Assembly (NCBI GenBank): GCA_009914755.4
Contig: CP086569.2
Coordinates: 31,808,001-31,872,000, forward strand
DNA: 64,000 nucleotides
Direction: 5' to 3'
From: the human T2T-CHM13v2.0 reference genome, Homo sapiens
Within the stretch, counting starts at the first letter, position 1. Each line of letters begins with the position of its first letter. The position numbers and the translations under genes are program-made. The notes beneath the pieces were generated by a model that had not been told where the DNA came from, searched no databases, and was given only the letters and a program-made list of their open reading frames with translations. Positions 14,181-28,399 of the stretch are shown in pieces.

Positions 14181-17100
14181 AATGGATTCAAAAGGAATGG
14201 AATCGTACGGAATGGAATCTAATGGAATGGAATTAAATGGAAATGAATCAAATTGAATAGCATGGAATTGAATTGAATGGAATCGAATGCAATTTAATCT
14301 AATGAAACGGAAAGGAAAGTAATGGAATGGAATGGAATGGGCTGGAATGGAAAGGAATCGAAACGAATGGAATGGAATCGAACTGACGAGACTGGAATGG
14401 AATGCACTGGAATGGAAGGGAGTGTAATGGAAGGTTCTCGAAAAAAATGGAATCGAATGGAATGGAATTGAATGGAACGGAATAGAGTCGAATGGAATTG
14501 AATGGAATGGAATGGACTAGAGTGAAATGGAATCGAACCACAAGGAATGGAGAGGAATAGAATGGTCTCGAATTGAATGGAATCGTATGGAATGGCATCA
14601 AACGGAATGGAATGGACAGCCACGGAATGGAATGCACTCGAATGCAATGGAGTCGAAACTAATGGACTGGAATAGAATGGATTCGACTGGTACGGACTCC
14701 AATGGAATGGAATCGAATGGAAGGGAATCGAACGGAATGGACTTGAAGGGAAAAGACTGCAATGGAAAGGTCTCGAATGGAATGGAAATTAATGGAATGG
14801 AATGGAATCGAATGAAATGGAGTCAAAAGGAATGGAATCGAATGGCAAGAAATCGAATGTAATGGAATCGCCAGGAATTGATGTGAACGGAACGGAATGG
14901 AATGGAATCCAAAGGAATGGAATAGAATGGAATGGAATCGAATGGAAAGGACTCGAATGGAAATCACTCGAATAGAATGCAATTTAATAAAATAGGATCA
15001 AATGTAATGGAATGGAATGGAAAGGAATCGAAACGAAAGGAATGGAGACAGATGGAATGGAATGGAACAGAGAGCAATGGTATAGAATGGAATGGAATCA
15101 TCTGGAATGGAATTGAATGGAATGGAATAATATGAAATGGAATGGAATGGAATGGAATGGAATGCCCTTGAATTAAATGGACTGGAATGGAATGGACTCG
15201 AACAGAGTGGAATGGAAAGTGTTGAGATAGAATGGAATGGACTCGTTTGGAATGATCTAGTATGCAATGCAATCGACTGGCAGGGAATCAAAAGGAATGT
15301 AATCGAATGGATTGGACTGGAATGCAATGGACTCGAATAGATTGGAAACGGAATGCAAAGGAATGGAATGGAATAGTATGGAATGGAATGGAAAGGAATG
15401 GAGTGGAATAGACTAGAGTGGAATGGAATGGACTGGAAAGCAATAGACTGGAATGGAACTTTCTTGAATGGACTGGAATCAAACGGAATGGAATGCAATG
15501 CAATCAAATGGCATGGAATAAAATAGAATGAAAGAGAATCAAATGGAATTGAATCGAATGGAATCGAATGGATTGGAAAGGAATAGAATGGAATGGAATG
15601 GAATTGACTCAAATGGAATGGACTAGAATGGAATGGATTCGAATGGAAGGCAAAGGAATGGAATCTATTGGAATGGACTGTAATGGAATGGAATGGAAGG
15701 GATTGGAATGGACTCGAATGGAATGGACTGCAATAGAAAGGATTCGAATGGAATGAAAAAGAATTGAATGGAATAGAACAGAATGGAATCAAATCGAATG
15801 AAATGGAATGGAATAGAAAGGAATGGAATGAAATGGAATGGAAAGGATTCGAATGGAATGCAATCGAATGGAATGGAATCGAACGGAATGGAATAAAATG
15901 GAAGAAAACTGGCAAGAAATGGAATCGAAATGAATGGAGTGTTATGGAACGGACTCAAAAGGAATTGAATGTAATAGAATGGAGTGGAGTGGACTCGAAT
16001 ATAATGGACTGGAATGGAATGAAATCACATGGAATGGGAACGAATGGAATGGAATGGAAAGGAATGGAATCGAATGGAAAGGAATCGAATGGAAGGGAAT
16101 GAAATTGAATCAACAGGAATGGAAGGGAATAGAATAGACGGTAATGGAATGGACTCGAATTGAATGGACACGAATGCTCAAATTGAATGGACTCGAATGG
16201 AATGGAAACGAAAGGAATGTCATCGAATGGAATTGAATCGATTGGAATGAAATCGCATAGAATGGAGTGGAATCAAATGGAATTGAATCGAAAGGAAAGG
16301 AAGCGAATGGACTGAAATGAAATGGAATGGAATTGAATGGAAAGTAATGCAATGGAATAGAATGGAACGAAATTTCACGGAATGGAATCAAACTGAATGG
16401 AATCAAATCAATGGAATCCAATCAAATGGAATGGAGTAGATTGGATTGGATGGGATTGGAATGAAATGTACTGGAAAGGACTCGAATTTCATGAAACGGA
16501 ATGGAATGAATTGGAACGGAATGGACTCGAATGGAATGGAATGTCATAGAATGGCATCAAATGGAATGGCATCAAATGGAATGGAATCGAATGCAATGGA
16601 ATGCTATGGAATGGAATGGAATGCATTGGAATGGAATGTCCTCTAATGGAATGGATTCGAGTGGAATGGAATCGAATATAATGGAGTCGAATGAAATGGA
16701 ATTGAAAGGAATGGGATCGAATACAATGGAATATACTGGAATGTAATGTAATGAACTCGAATGTAATTGACTGGAATGGAATGTACATGAATGGAATGTA
16801 ATCGAATGGAAAGTAATCCAATGGAATAGAATCTAATGCAATAAAATCGACTCAGATAGAGTAGAATGTAATGGAATGGAGTGCAGTGCAATGGAATGGA
16901 ATGGAATGGAATGCAATGGAATGGAATGGAATGGAATGGAATGGAATGGAATGGAATGGGATGGAATGGTATGGAATGGATGGTAATGGACTGGAGTGAA
17001 ATGGACTGGAAAGGAATGGACTCAAATTGAAAGGGCTGGAAAGGAATGGAGTCAAATGGAATGGTCTGGAATGGAATGAACACGAAAGTAATGCAATCCA

Positions 17101-17724
17101 ATAGAATGGAATCGAATGGCATGGAATATAATGAAATGGAATCGAAGAGAATTGAAACAAATGGAATGGAATTGAATGGAATGGAATTGAATGGAATGGG
17201 AACGAATGGAGTGAAATTGTATGCAGTAGAAGGGAATAGAATGGAATGCAAGCGAAAGGAAAGGAATGGATTGGAATGGAATTCATTGGAATGGAAGGGA
17301 ATGTAGTGTAATGGACAGGCCTGGAATAAAGTGGAATGCTACGGTCTCGAATGGAATAAAAATGTATGGAATGGAATGCAATGAAACGGAATCGAATGTC
17401 ATAGAATGTAATGGAATGCAAAATAATGGAATCCAAAATCATTGACTGGAAAGGCTGGGTGTCGAAAGGAATTGACTCCAATGGAATGGAATCGAATGGA
17501 ATGGAAGTGAATAGAATCGAACTAAATCGAATGGAATGGAATTGATAGGAACGGAATGGAAAGGAATGCAATGATTTGGCACGGAATGGAATCGAATGGC
17601 ATCGAACAGAATGGAATGGAATGCAATTGAATGGAACGTATTAGAATGTAATGAACTTTAATGGAATGTACTCGAATGGATTCGACTGGAATGGAATGTT
17701 CTGGAAGTGAATGGACTCCAATGC
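14181..17724. repeat. HSat3 HOR copy 5 (3544 bp)
   Basis: Anchor motif at 14181 and 17725. Shares private variants with copy 4 ('NTKVMQ' and 'EYNEMESK' frames, 'ALLSCSF'). Confidence 0.8.
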
Positions 17725-20700
17725 AATGGATTCAAAAGGAATGGAATCGTACGGAATGGAATCTAATGGAATGGAATTAAATGGAAATGAATCAAATTGA
17801 ATAGCATGGAATTGAATTGAATGGAATCGAATGCAATGGAATCTAATGAAACGGAAAGGAAAGGAATGGAATGGAATGGAATGGGCTGGAATGGAAAGGA
17901 ATCGAAACGAATGGAATGGAATCGAACTGACGAGACTGGAATGGAATGCACTGGAATGGAAGGGAGTGTAATGGAAGGTTCTCGAAAAAAATGGAATCGA
18001 ATGGAATGGAATTGAATGGAACGGAATAGAGTCGAATGGAATTGAATGGAATGGAATGGACTAGAGTGAAATGGAATCGAACCACAAGGAATGGAGAGGA
18101 ATAGAATGGTCTCGAATTGAATGGAATCGTATGGAATGGCATCAAACGGAATGGAATGGACAGCCACGGAATGGAATGCACTCGAATGCAATGGAGTCGA
18201 AACTAATGGACTGGAATAGAATGGATTCGACTGGTACGGACTCCAATGGAATGGAATCGAATGGAAGGGAATCGAACGGAATGGACTCGAAGGGAAAAGA
18301 CTGCAATGGAAAGGTCTCGAATGGAATGGAAATTAATGGAATGGAATGGAATCGAATGAAATGGAGTCAAAAGGAATGGAATCGAATGGCAAGAAATCGA
18401 ATGTAATGGAATCGCAAGGAATTGATGTGAACGGAACGGAATGGAATGGAATCCAAAGGAATGGAATAGAATGGAATGGAATCGAATGGAAAGGACTCGA
18501 ATGGAAATCACTCGAATAGAATGCAATTTAATAAAATAGGATCAAATGTAATGGAATGGAATGGAAAGGAATCGAAACGAAAGGAATGGAGACAGATGGA
18601 ATGGAATGGAACAGAGAGCAATGGTATAGAATGGAATGGAATCATCTGGAATGGAATTGAATGGAATGGAATAATATGAAATGGAATGGAATGGAATGGA
18701 ATGGAATGCCCTTGAATTAAATGGACTGGAATGGAATGGACTCGAACAGAGTGGAATGGAAAGTGTTGAGATAGAATGGAATGGACTCGTTTGGAATGGT
18801 CTAGTATGCAATGCAATCGACTGGCAGGGAATCAAAAGGAATGTAATGGAATGGATTGGACTGGAATGCAATGGACTCGAATAGATTGGAAACGGAATGC
18901 AAAGGAATGGAATGGAATAGTATGGAATGGAATGGAAAGGAATGGAGTGGAATAGACTAGAGTGGAATGGAATGGACTGGAAAGCAATAGACTGGAATGG
19001 AACTTTCTTGAATGGACTGGAATCAAACGGAATGGAATGCAATGCAATCAAATGGCATGGAATAAAATAGAATGAAAGAGAATCAAATGGAATTGAATCG
19101 AATGGAATCGAATGGATTGGAAAGGAATAGAATGGAATGGAATGGAATTGACTCAAATGGAATGGACTAGAATGGAATGGATTCGAATGGAAGGCAAAGG
19201 AATGGAATCTATTGGAATGGACTGTAATGGAATGGAATGGAAGGGATTGGAATGGACTCGAATGGAATGGACTGCAATAGAAAGGATTCGAATGGAATGA
19301 AAAAGAATTGAATGGAATAGAACAGAATGGAATCAAATCGAATGAAATGGAATGGAATAGAAAGGAATGGAATGAAATGGAATGGATAGGATTCGAATGG
19401 AATGCAATCGAATGGAATGGAATCGAACGGAATGGAATAAAATGGAAGAAAACTGGCAAGAAATGGAATCGAAATGAATGGAGTGTTATGGAACGGACTC
19501 AAAAGGAATTGAATGTAATAGAATGGAGTGGAGTGGACTCGAATATAATGGACTGGAATGGAATGAAATCACATGGAATGGGAACGAATGGAATGGAATG
19601 GAAAGGAATGGAATCGAATGGAAAGGAATCGAATGGAAGGGAATGAAATTGAATCAACAGGAATGGAAGGGAATAGAATAGACGGTAATGGAATGGACTC
19701 GAATAGAATGGACACGAATGCTCAAATTGAATGGACTCGAATGGAATGGAAACGAAAGGAATGTCATCGAATGGAATTGAATCGATTGGAATGAAATCGC
19801 ATAGAATGGAGTGGAATCAAATGGAATTGAATCGAAAGGAAAGGAAGCGAATGGACTGAAATGAAATGGAATGGAATTGAATGGAAAGTAATGCAATGGA
19901 ATAGAATGGAACGAAATTTCACGGACTGGAATCAAACTGAATGGAATCAAATCAATGGAATCTAATCAAATGGAATGGAAAGGAATTGAATGGAGTAGAT
20001 TGGATTGGATGGGATTGGAATGAAATGTACTGGAAAGGACTCGAATTTCATGAAACGGAATGGAATGAATTGGAACGGAATGGACTCGAATGGAATGGAA
20101 TGTCATGGAATGGCATCAAATGGAATGGCATCAAATGGAATGGAATCGAATGCAATGGAATGCTATGGAATGGAATGGAATGCATTGGAATGGAATGTCC
20201 TCTAATGGAATGGATTCGAGTGGAATGGAATCGAATATAATGGAGTCGAATGAAATGGAATTGAAAAGAATGGGATCGAATACAATGGAATATACTGGAA
20301 TGTAATGTAATGAACTCGAATGTAATTGACTGGAATGGAATGTACATGAATGGAATGTAATCGAATGGAAAGTAATCCAATGGAATAGAAACTAATGCAA
20401 TAAAATCGACTCAAATAGAGTAGAATGTAATGGAATGGAGTGCAGTGCAATGGAATGGAATGGAATGGAATGCAATGGAATGGAATGGATTGGAATGGAA
20501 TGGGATGGAATGGTGTGGAATGGATAGTAATGGACTGGTGTGAAATGGACTGGAAAGGAATGGACTCAAATTGAAAGGGCTCGAAAGGAATGGAGTGAAA
20601 TGGAATGGTCTGGAATGGAATGAACACGAATGTAATGCAATCCAATAGAATGGAATCGAATGGCATGGAATATAAAGAAATGGAATCGAAGAGAATGGAA

Positions 20701-21273
20701 ACAAATGGAATGGAATTGAATGGAATGGAATTGAATGGAATGGGAACGAATGGAGTGAAATTGTATGCAGTAGAAGAGAATAGAATGGAATGCAAGTGAA
20801 AGGAAAGGAATGGATTGGAATGGAATGGAATTCATTGGAATGGAAGGGAATGTAGTGTAATGGACAGGCCTGGAATAAAGTGGAATGCTACGGTCTCGAA
20901 TGGAATAAAAATGTATGGAATGGAATGCAATGAAACGGAATCGAATGTCATAGAATGTAATGGAATGCAAAAAAATGGAATCCAAAATCATTGACTGGAA
21001 AGGCTGGGTGTCGAAAGGAATTGACTCCAATGGAATGGAATCGAATGGAATGGAAGTGAATAGAATCGAACTAAATCGAATGGAATGGAATTGATAGGAA
21101 CGGAATGGAAAGGAATGCAATGATTTGGCATGGAATGGAATCGAATGGCATCGAATGGAATGGAATGGAATGCAATGGAATGGAACGTATTAGAATGTAA
21201 TGAACTTTAATGGAATGTACTCGAATGGATTCGACTGGAATGGAATGTTCTGGAAGTGAATGGACTCCAATGG
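17725..21273. repeat. HSat3 HOR copy 6 (3549 bp)
   Basis: Anchor motif at 17725 and 21274. From about 18.5 kb onward it is near-identical to copy 9. Confidence 0.8.
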
Positions 21274-24200
21274 AATGGATTCAAAAGGAATGGAATCGTA
21301 CGGAATGGAATCTAATGGAATGCAATTAAATGGAAATGAATCAAATTGAATAGCACGGAATTGAATTGAATGGAATGGAATGCAATGGAATCTAATGAAA
21401 CGGAAAGGAAAGGAATGGAATGGAATGGAATGGGCTGGAATGGAAAGGAATCGAAACGAATGGAATGGAATCGAACTGAAGAGACTGGAATGGAATGCAC
21501 TGGAATGGAAGGGAGTGTAATGGAAGGTTCTCGAAAAAAATGGAATCGAATGGAATGGAATTGAATGGAACGGAATAGAGTCGAATGGAATTGAATGGAA
21601 TGGAATGGACTAGAGTGAAATGGAATCGAACCACAAGGAATGGACAGGAATAGAATGGTCTCGAATTGAATGGAATCGTATGGAATGGCATCAAACGGAA
21701 TGGAATGGACAGCCACGGAATGGAATGCACTCGAATGCAATGGAGTCGAAACTAATGGACTGGAATAGAATGGACTCGACTGGTACGGACTCCAATGGAA
21801 TGGAATCGAATGGAAGGGAATCGAACGGAATGGACTCGAAGGGAAAAGACTGCAATGGAAAGGTCTCGAATGGAATGGAAATTAATGGAATGGAACGGAA
21901 TCGAATGAAATGGAGTCAAAAGGAATGGAATCGAATGGCAAGAAATCGAATGTAATGGAATCGCAAGGAATTGATGTGAACGGAACGGAATGGAATGGAA
22001 TCCAAAGGAATGGAATAGAATGGAATGGAATCGAATGGAAAGGACTCGAATGGAAATCACTCGAATAGAATGCAATTTAATAAAATAGGATCAAATGTAA
22101 TGGAATGGAATGGAAAGGAATCGAAACGAAAGGAATGGAGACAGATGGAATGGAATGGAACAGAGAGCAATGGTATAGAATGGAATGGAATCATCTGGAA
22201 TGGAATTGAATGGAATGGAATAATATGAAATGGAATGGAATGGAATGGAATGCCCTTGAATTAAATGGACTGGAATGGAATGGACTCGAACAGAGTGGAA
22301 TGGAAAGTGTTGAGATAGAATGGAATGGACTCGTTTGGAATGGTCTAGTAGGCAATGCAATCGACTGGCAGGGAATCAAAAGGAATGTAATGGAATGGAT
22401 TGGACTGCAATGCAATGGACTCGAATAGATTGGAAACGGAATGCAAAGGAATGGAATGGAATAGTATGGAATGGAATGGAAAGGAATGGAGTGGAATAGA
22501 CTAGAGTGGAATGGAATGGACTGGAAAGCAATGGACTGGAATGGAACTTTCTTGAATGGACTGGAATCAAACGGAATGGAATGCAATGCAATCAAATGGC
22601 ATGGAATAAAATAGAATGAAAGAGAATCAAATGGAATTGAATCGAATGGAATCGAATGGATTGGAAAGAATAGAATGGAATGGAATGGAATTGACTCAAA
22701 TGGAATGGACAAGAATGGAATGGATTCGAATGGAAGGCAAAGGAATGGAATCTATTGGAATGGACTGTAATGGAATGGAATGGAAGGGATTGGAATGGAC
22801 TCAAATGGAATGGACTGCAATAGAGAGGATTCGAATGGAATGAAAAAGAATTGAATGGAATAGAACAGAATGGAATCAAATCGAATGAAATGGAATGGAA
22901 TAGAAAGGAATGGAATGAAATGGAATGGAAAGGATTCGAATGGAATGCAATCGAATGGAATGGAATCGAACGGAATGGAATAAAATGGAAGAAAACTGGC
23001 AAGAAATGGAATCGAAATGAATGGAGTGTTATGGAACGGACTCAAAAGGAATTGAATGTAATAGAATGGAGTGGAGTGGACTCGAATATAATGGACTGGA
23101 ATGGAATGAAATCACATGGAATGGGAACGAATGGAATGGAATGGAAAGGAATGGAATCGAATGGAATCGAATTGAAAGGAATCGAATGGAAGGGAATGAA
23201 ATTGAATCAACAGGAATGGAAGGGAATAGAATAGACGGTAATGGAATGGACTCGAATAGAATGGACACGAATGCTCAAATTGAATGGACTCGAATGGAAT
23301 GGAAACGAAAGGAATGTCATCGAATGAAATTGAATCGATTGGAATGAAATCGCATAGAATGGAGTGGAATCAAATGGAATTGAATCGAAAGGAAAGGAAG
23401 CGAATGGACTGAAATGAAATGGAATGGAATTGAATGGAAAGTTATGTAATAGAATAGAATGGAACGAAATTTCACGGAATGGAATCAAACTGAATGGAAT
23501 CAAATCAATGGAATCAAATCAAATGGAATGGAAAGGAATTGAATGGAGTAGATTGGATTGGATGGGATTGGAATGAAATGTACTGGAAAGGACTCGAATT
23601 TCATGAAACGGAATGCAATGAATTGGAACGGAACGGACTCGAATGGAATGGAATGTCATGGAATGGCATCAAATGGAATGGCATCAAATGGAATGGAATC
23701 GAATGCAATGGAATGCTATGGAATGGAATGGAATGCATTGGAATGGAATGTCCTCTAATGGAATGGATTCGAGTGGAATGGAATCGAATATAATGGAGTC
23801 GAATGAAATGGAATTGAAAGGAATGGGATCGAATACAATGGAATATACTGGAATGTAATGTAATGAACTCGAATGTAATTGACTGGAATGGAATGTACAT
23901 GAATGGAATGTAATCGAATGGAAAGTAATCCAATGGAATAGAATCTAATGCAATAAAATCGACTCAGATAGAGTAGAATGTAATGGAATGGAGTGCAGTG
24001 CCATGGAATGGAATGGAATGGAATGCAATGGAATGGAATGGAATGCAATGGAATGGAATGGAATGGAATGGAATGGGATGGAATGGTGTGGAATGGATAG
24101 TAATGGACTGGAGTGAAATGGACTGGAAAGGAATGGACTCAAATTGAAAGGTCTCGAAAGGAATGGAGTCAAATGGAATGGTCTGGAATGGAATGAACAC

Positions 24201-24846
24201 GAATGTAATGCAATCCAATAGAATGGAATCGAATGGCATGGAATATAAAGAAATGGAATCGAAGAGAATGGAAACAAATGGAATGGAATTGAATGGAATG
24301 GAATTGAATGGAATGGGAACGAATGGAGTGAAATTGTATGCAGTAGAAGAGAATAGAATGGAATGCAAGCGAAAGGAAAGGAATGGATTGGAATGGAATG
24401 GAATTCATTGGAATGGAAGGGAATGTAGTGTAATGGACAGGCCTGGAAAAAAGTGGAATGCTACGGTCTCGAATGGAATAAAAATGTATGGAATGGAATG
24501 CAATGAAACGGAATCGAATGTCATAGAATGTAATGGAATGCAAAAAAATGGAATCCAAAATCATTGACTGGAAAGGCTGGGTGTCGAAAGGAATTGACTC
24601 CAATGGAATGGAATCGAATGGAATGGAAGAGAATAGAATCGAACTAAATCGAATGGAATGGAATTGATAGGAACGGAATGGAAAGGAATGCAATCATTTG
24701 GCATGGAATGGAATCGAATGGCATCGAATGGAATGGAATGGAATGCAATGGAATGGAATGTATTAGAATGTAATGAACTTTAATGGAATGTACTCGAATG
24801 GAATCGACTGGAATGGAATGTTCTGGAAGTGAATGGACTCCAATGG
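21274..24846. repeat. HSat3 HOR copy 7 (3573 bp)
   Basis: Anchor motif at 21274 and 24847. Shares indels and variants with copy 10, e.g. 'atggaatcgaattgaaaggaatcgaatgg' and 'gttatgtaatagaatagaatgg'. Confidence 0.8.
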
Positions 24847-27800
24847 AATGGATTCAAAAGGAATGGAATCGTACGGAATGGAATCTAATGGAATGGAATT
24901 AAATGGAAATGAATCAAACTGAATAGAACGGAATTGAATTGAATGGAATCGAATGCAATGGAATCTAATGAAACGGAAAGGAAAGGAATGGAATGGAATG
25001 GAATGGGCTGGAATGGAAAGGAATCGAAACGAATGGAATGGAATTGAACTGAAGAGACTGGAATGGAATGCACTGGATGGAAGGGAGTGTAATGGAAGGT
25101 TCTCGAAAAAAATGGAATCGAATGGAATGGAATTGAATGGAACGGAATAGAGTCGAATGGAATTGAATGGAATGGAATGGACTAGAGTGAAATGGAATCG
25201 AACCACAAGGAATGGACAGGAATAGAATGGTCTCGAATTGAATGGAATCGTATGGAATGGCATCAAACGGAATGGAATGGACAGCCACGGAATGGAATGC
25301 ACTCGAATGCAATGGAGTCGAAACTAATGGACTGGAATAGAATGGACTCGTCTGGTACGGACTCCAATGGAATGGAATCGAATGGAAGGGAATCGAACAG
25401 AATGGACTCGAAGGGAAAAGACTGCAATGGAAAGGTCTCGAATGGAATGGAAATTAATGGAATGGAATGGAATCGAATGAAATGGAGTCAAAAGGAATGG
25501 AATCGAATGGCAAGAAATCGAATGTAATGGAATCGCAAGGAATTGATGTGAACGGAACGGAATGGAATGGAATCCAAAGGAATGGAATAGAATGGAATGG
25601 AATCGAATGGAAAGGACTCGAATGGAAATCACTCGAATAGAATGCAATTTAATAAAATAGGATCAAATGTAATGGAATGGAATGGAAAGGAATCGAAACG
25701 AAAGGAATGGAGACAGATGGAATGGAATGGAACAGAGAGCAATGGTATAGAATGGAATGGAATCATCTGGAATGGAATTGAATGGAATGGAATAATATGA
25801 AATGGAATGGAATGGAATGGAATGGAATGGAATGCCCTTGAATTAAATGGACTGGAATGGAATGGACTCGAACAGAGTGGAATGGAAAGTGTTGAGATAG
25901 AATGGAATGGACTCCTTTGGAATGGTGTAGTATGCAATGCAATCGACTGGCAGGGAATCAAAAGGAATGTAATCGAATGGATTGGACTGGAATGCAATGG
26001 ACTCGAATAGATTGGAAACGGAATGCAAAGGAATGGAATGGAATAGTATGGAATGGAATGGAAAGGAATGGAGTGGAATAGACTAGAGTGGAATGGAATG
26101 GACTGGAAAGCAATGGACTGGAATGGAACTTTCTTGAATGGACTGGAATCAAACGGACTGGAATGCAATGCAATCAAATGGCATGGAATAAAATAGAATG
26201 AAAGAGAATCAAATGGAATTGAATCGAATGGAATCGAATGGATTGGAAAGGAATAGAATGGAATGGAATGGAATTGACTCAAATGGAATGGACTAGAATG
26301 GAATGGATTCGAATGGAAGGCAAAGGAATGGAATCTATTGGAATGGACTGTAATGGAATGGAATGGAAGGGATTGGAATGGACTCGAATGGAATGGACTG
26401 CAATAGAAAGGATTCGAATGGAATGAAAAAGAATTGAATGGAATAGAACAGAATGGAATCAAATCGAATGAAATGGAATGGAATAGAAAGGAATGGAATG
26501 AAATGGAATGGAAAGGATTCGAATGGAATGCAATCGAATGGAATGGAATCGAACGGAATGGAATAAAATGGAAGAAAACTGGCAAGAAATGGAATCGAAA
26601 TGAATGGAGTGTTATGGAACGGACTCAAAAGGAATTGAATGTAATAGAATGGAGTGGAGTGGACTCGAATATAATGGACTGGAATGGAATGAAATCACAT
26701 GGAATGGGAACGAATGGAATGGAATGGAAAGGAATGGAATCGAATGGAAAGGAATCGAATGGAAGGGAATGAAATTGAATCAACAGGAATGGAAGGGAAT
26801 AGAATAGACGGTAATGGAATGGACTCGAATAGAATGGACACGAATGCTCAAATTGAATGGACTCGAATGGAATGGAAACGAAAGGAATGTCATCGAATGG
26901 AATTGAATCGATTGGAATGAAATAGCATAGAATGGAGTGGAATCAAATGGAATTGAATCGAAAGGAAAGGAAGCGAATGGACTGAAATGAAATGGAATCG
27001 AATTGAATGGAAAGTTATGTAATGGAATAGAATGGAACGAAATTTCACGGAATGCAATCAAACTGAATGGAATCAAATCAATGGAATCAAATCAAATGGA
27101 ATGGAAAGGAATTGAATGGAGTAGATTGGATTGGATGGGATTGGAATGAAATGTACTGGAAAGGACTCGAATTTCATGAAACGGAATGGAATGAATTGGA
27201 ACGGAACGGACTCGAATGGAATGGAATGTCATGGAATGGCATCAAATGGAATGGCATCAAATGGAATGGAATCGAATGCAATGGAGTGCTATGGAATGGA
27301 ATGGAATGCATTGGAATGGAATGTCCTCTAATGGAATGGATTCGAGTGGAATGGAATCGAATATAATGGAGTCGAATGAAATGGAATTGAAAGGAATGGG
27401 ATCGAATACAATGGAATATACTGGAATGTAATGTAATGAACTCGAATGTAATTGACTGGAATGGAATGTTCATGAATGGAATGTAATCGAATGGAAAGTA
27501 ATCCAATGGAATAGAATCTAATGCAATAAAATCGACTCAGATAGAGTAGAATGTAATGGAATGGAGTGCAGTGCAATGGAATGGAATGGAATGGAATGCA
27601 ATGGAATGGAATGGAATGGAATGGAATGCAATGGGATGGTGTGGAATGGATAGTAATGGACTGGAGTGAAATGGACTGGAAAGGAATGGACTCAAATTGA
27701 AAGGGCTCGAAAGGAATGGAGTCAAATGGAATGGTCTGGAATGGAATGAACACGAATGTAATGCAATCCAATAGAATGGAATCGAATGGCATGGAATATA

Positions 27801-28399
27801 AAGAAATGGAATCGAAGAGAATGGAAACAAATGGAATGGAATTGAATGGAATGGAATTGAATGGAATGGGAACGAATGGAGTGAAATTGTATGCAGTAGA
27901 AGAGAATAGAATGGAATGCAAGCGAAAGGAAAGGAATGGATTGGAATGGAATGGAATTCATTGGAATGGAAGGGAATGCAGTGTAATGGACAGGCCTGGA
28001 ATAAAGTGGAATGCTACGGTCTCGAATGGAATAAAAATGTATGGAATGGAATGCAATGAAACGGAATCGAATGTCATAGAATGTAATGGAATGCAAAAAA
28101 ATGGAATCCAAAATCATTGACTGGAAAGGCTGGGTGTCGAAAGGAATTGACTCCAATGGAATGGAATCGAATGGAATGGAAGTGAATAGAATCGAACTAA
28201 ATCGAATGGAATGGAATTGATAGGAACGGAATGGAAAGGAATGCAATGATTTGGCATGGAATGGAATCGAATGGCATCGAATGGAATGGAATGGAATGCA
28301 ATTGAATGGAATGTATTAGAATGTAATGAACTTTAATGGAATGTACTCGAATGGATTCGACTGGAATGGAATGTTCTGGAAGTGAATGGACTCCAATGG
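24847..28399. repeat. HSat3 HOR copy 8 (3553 bp)
   Basis: Anchor motif at 24847 and 28400. Shares private variants with copy 11 ('cactggatgg', 'caaactgaatagaacgg', 'gttatgtaatggaatag'). Confidence 0.8.
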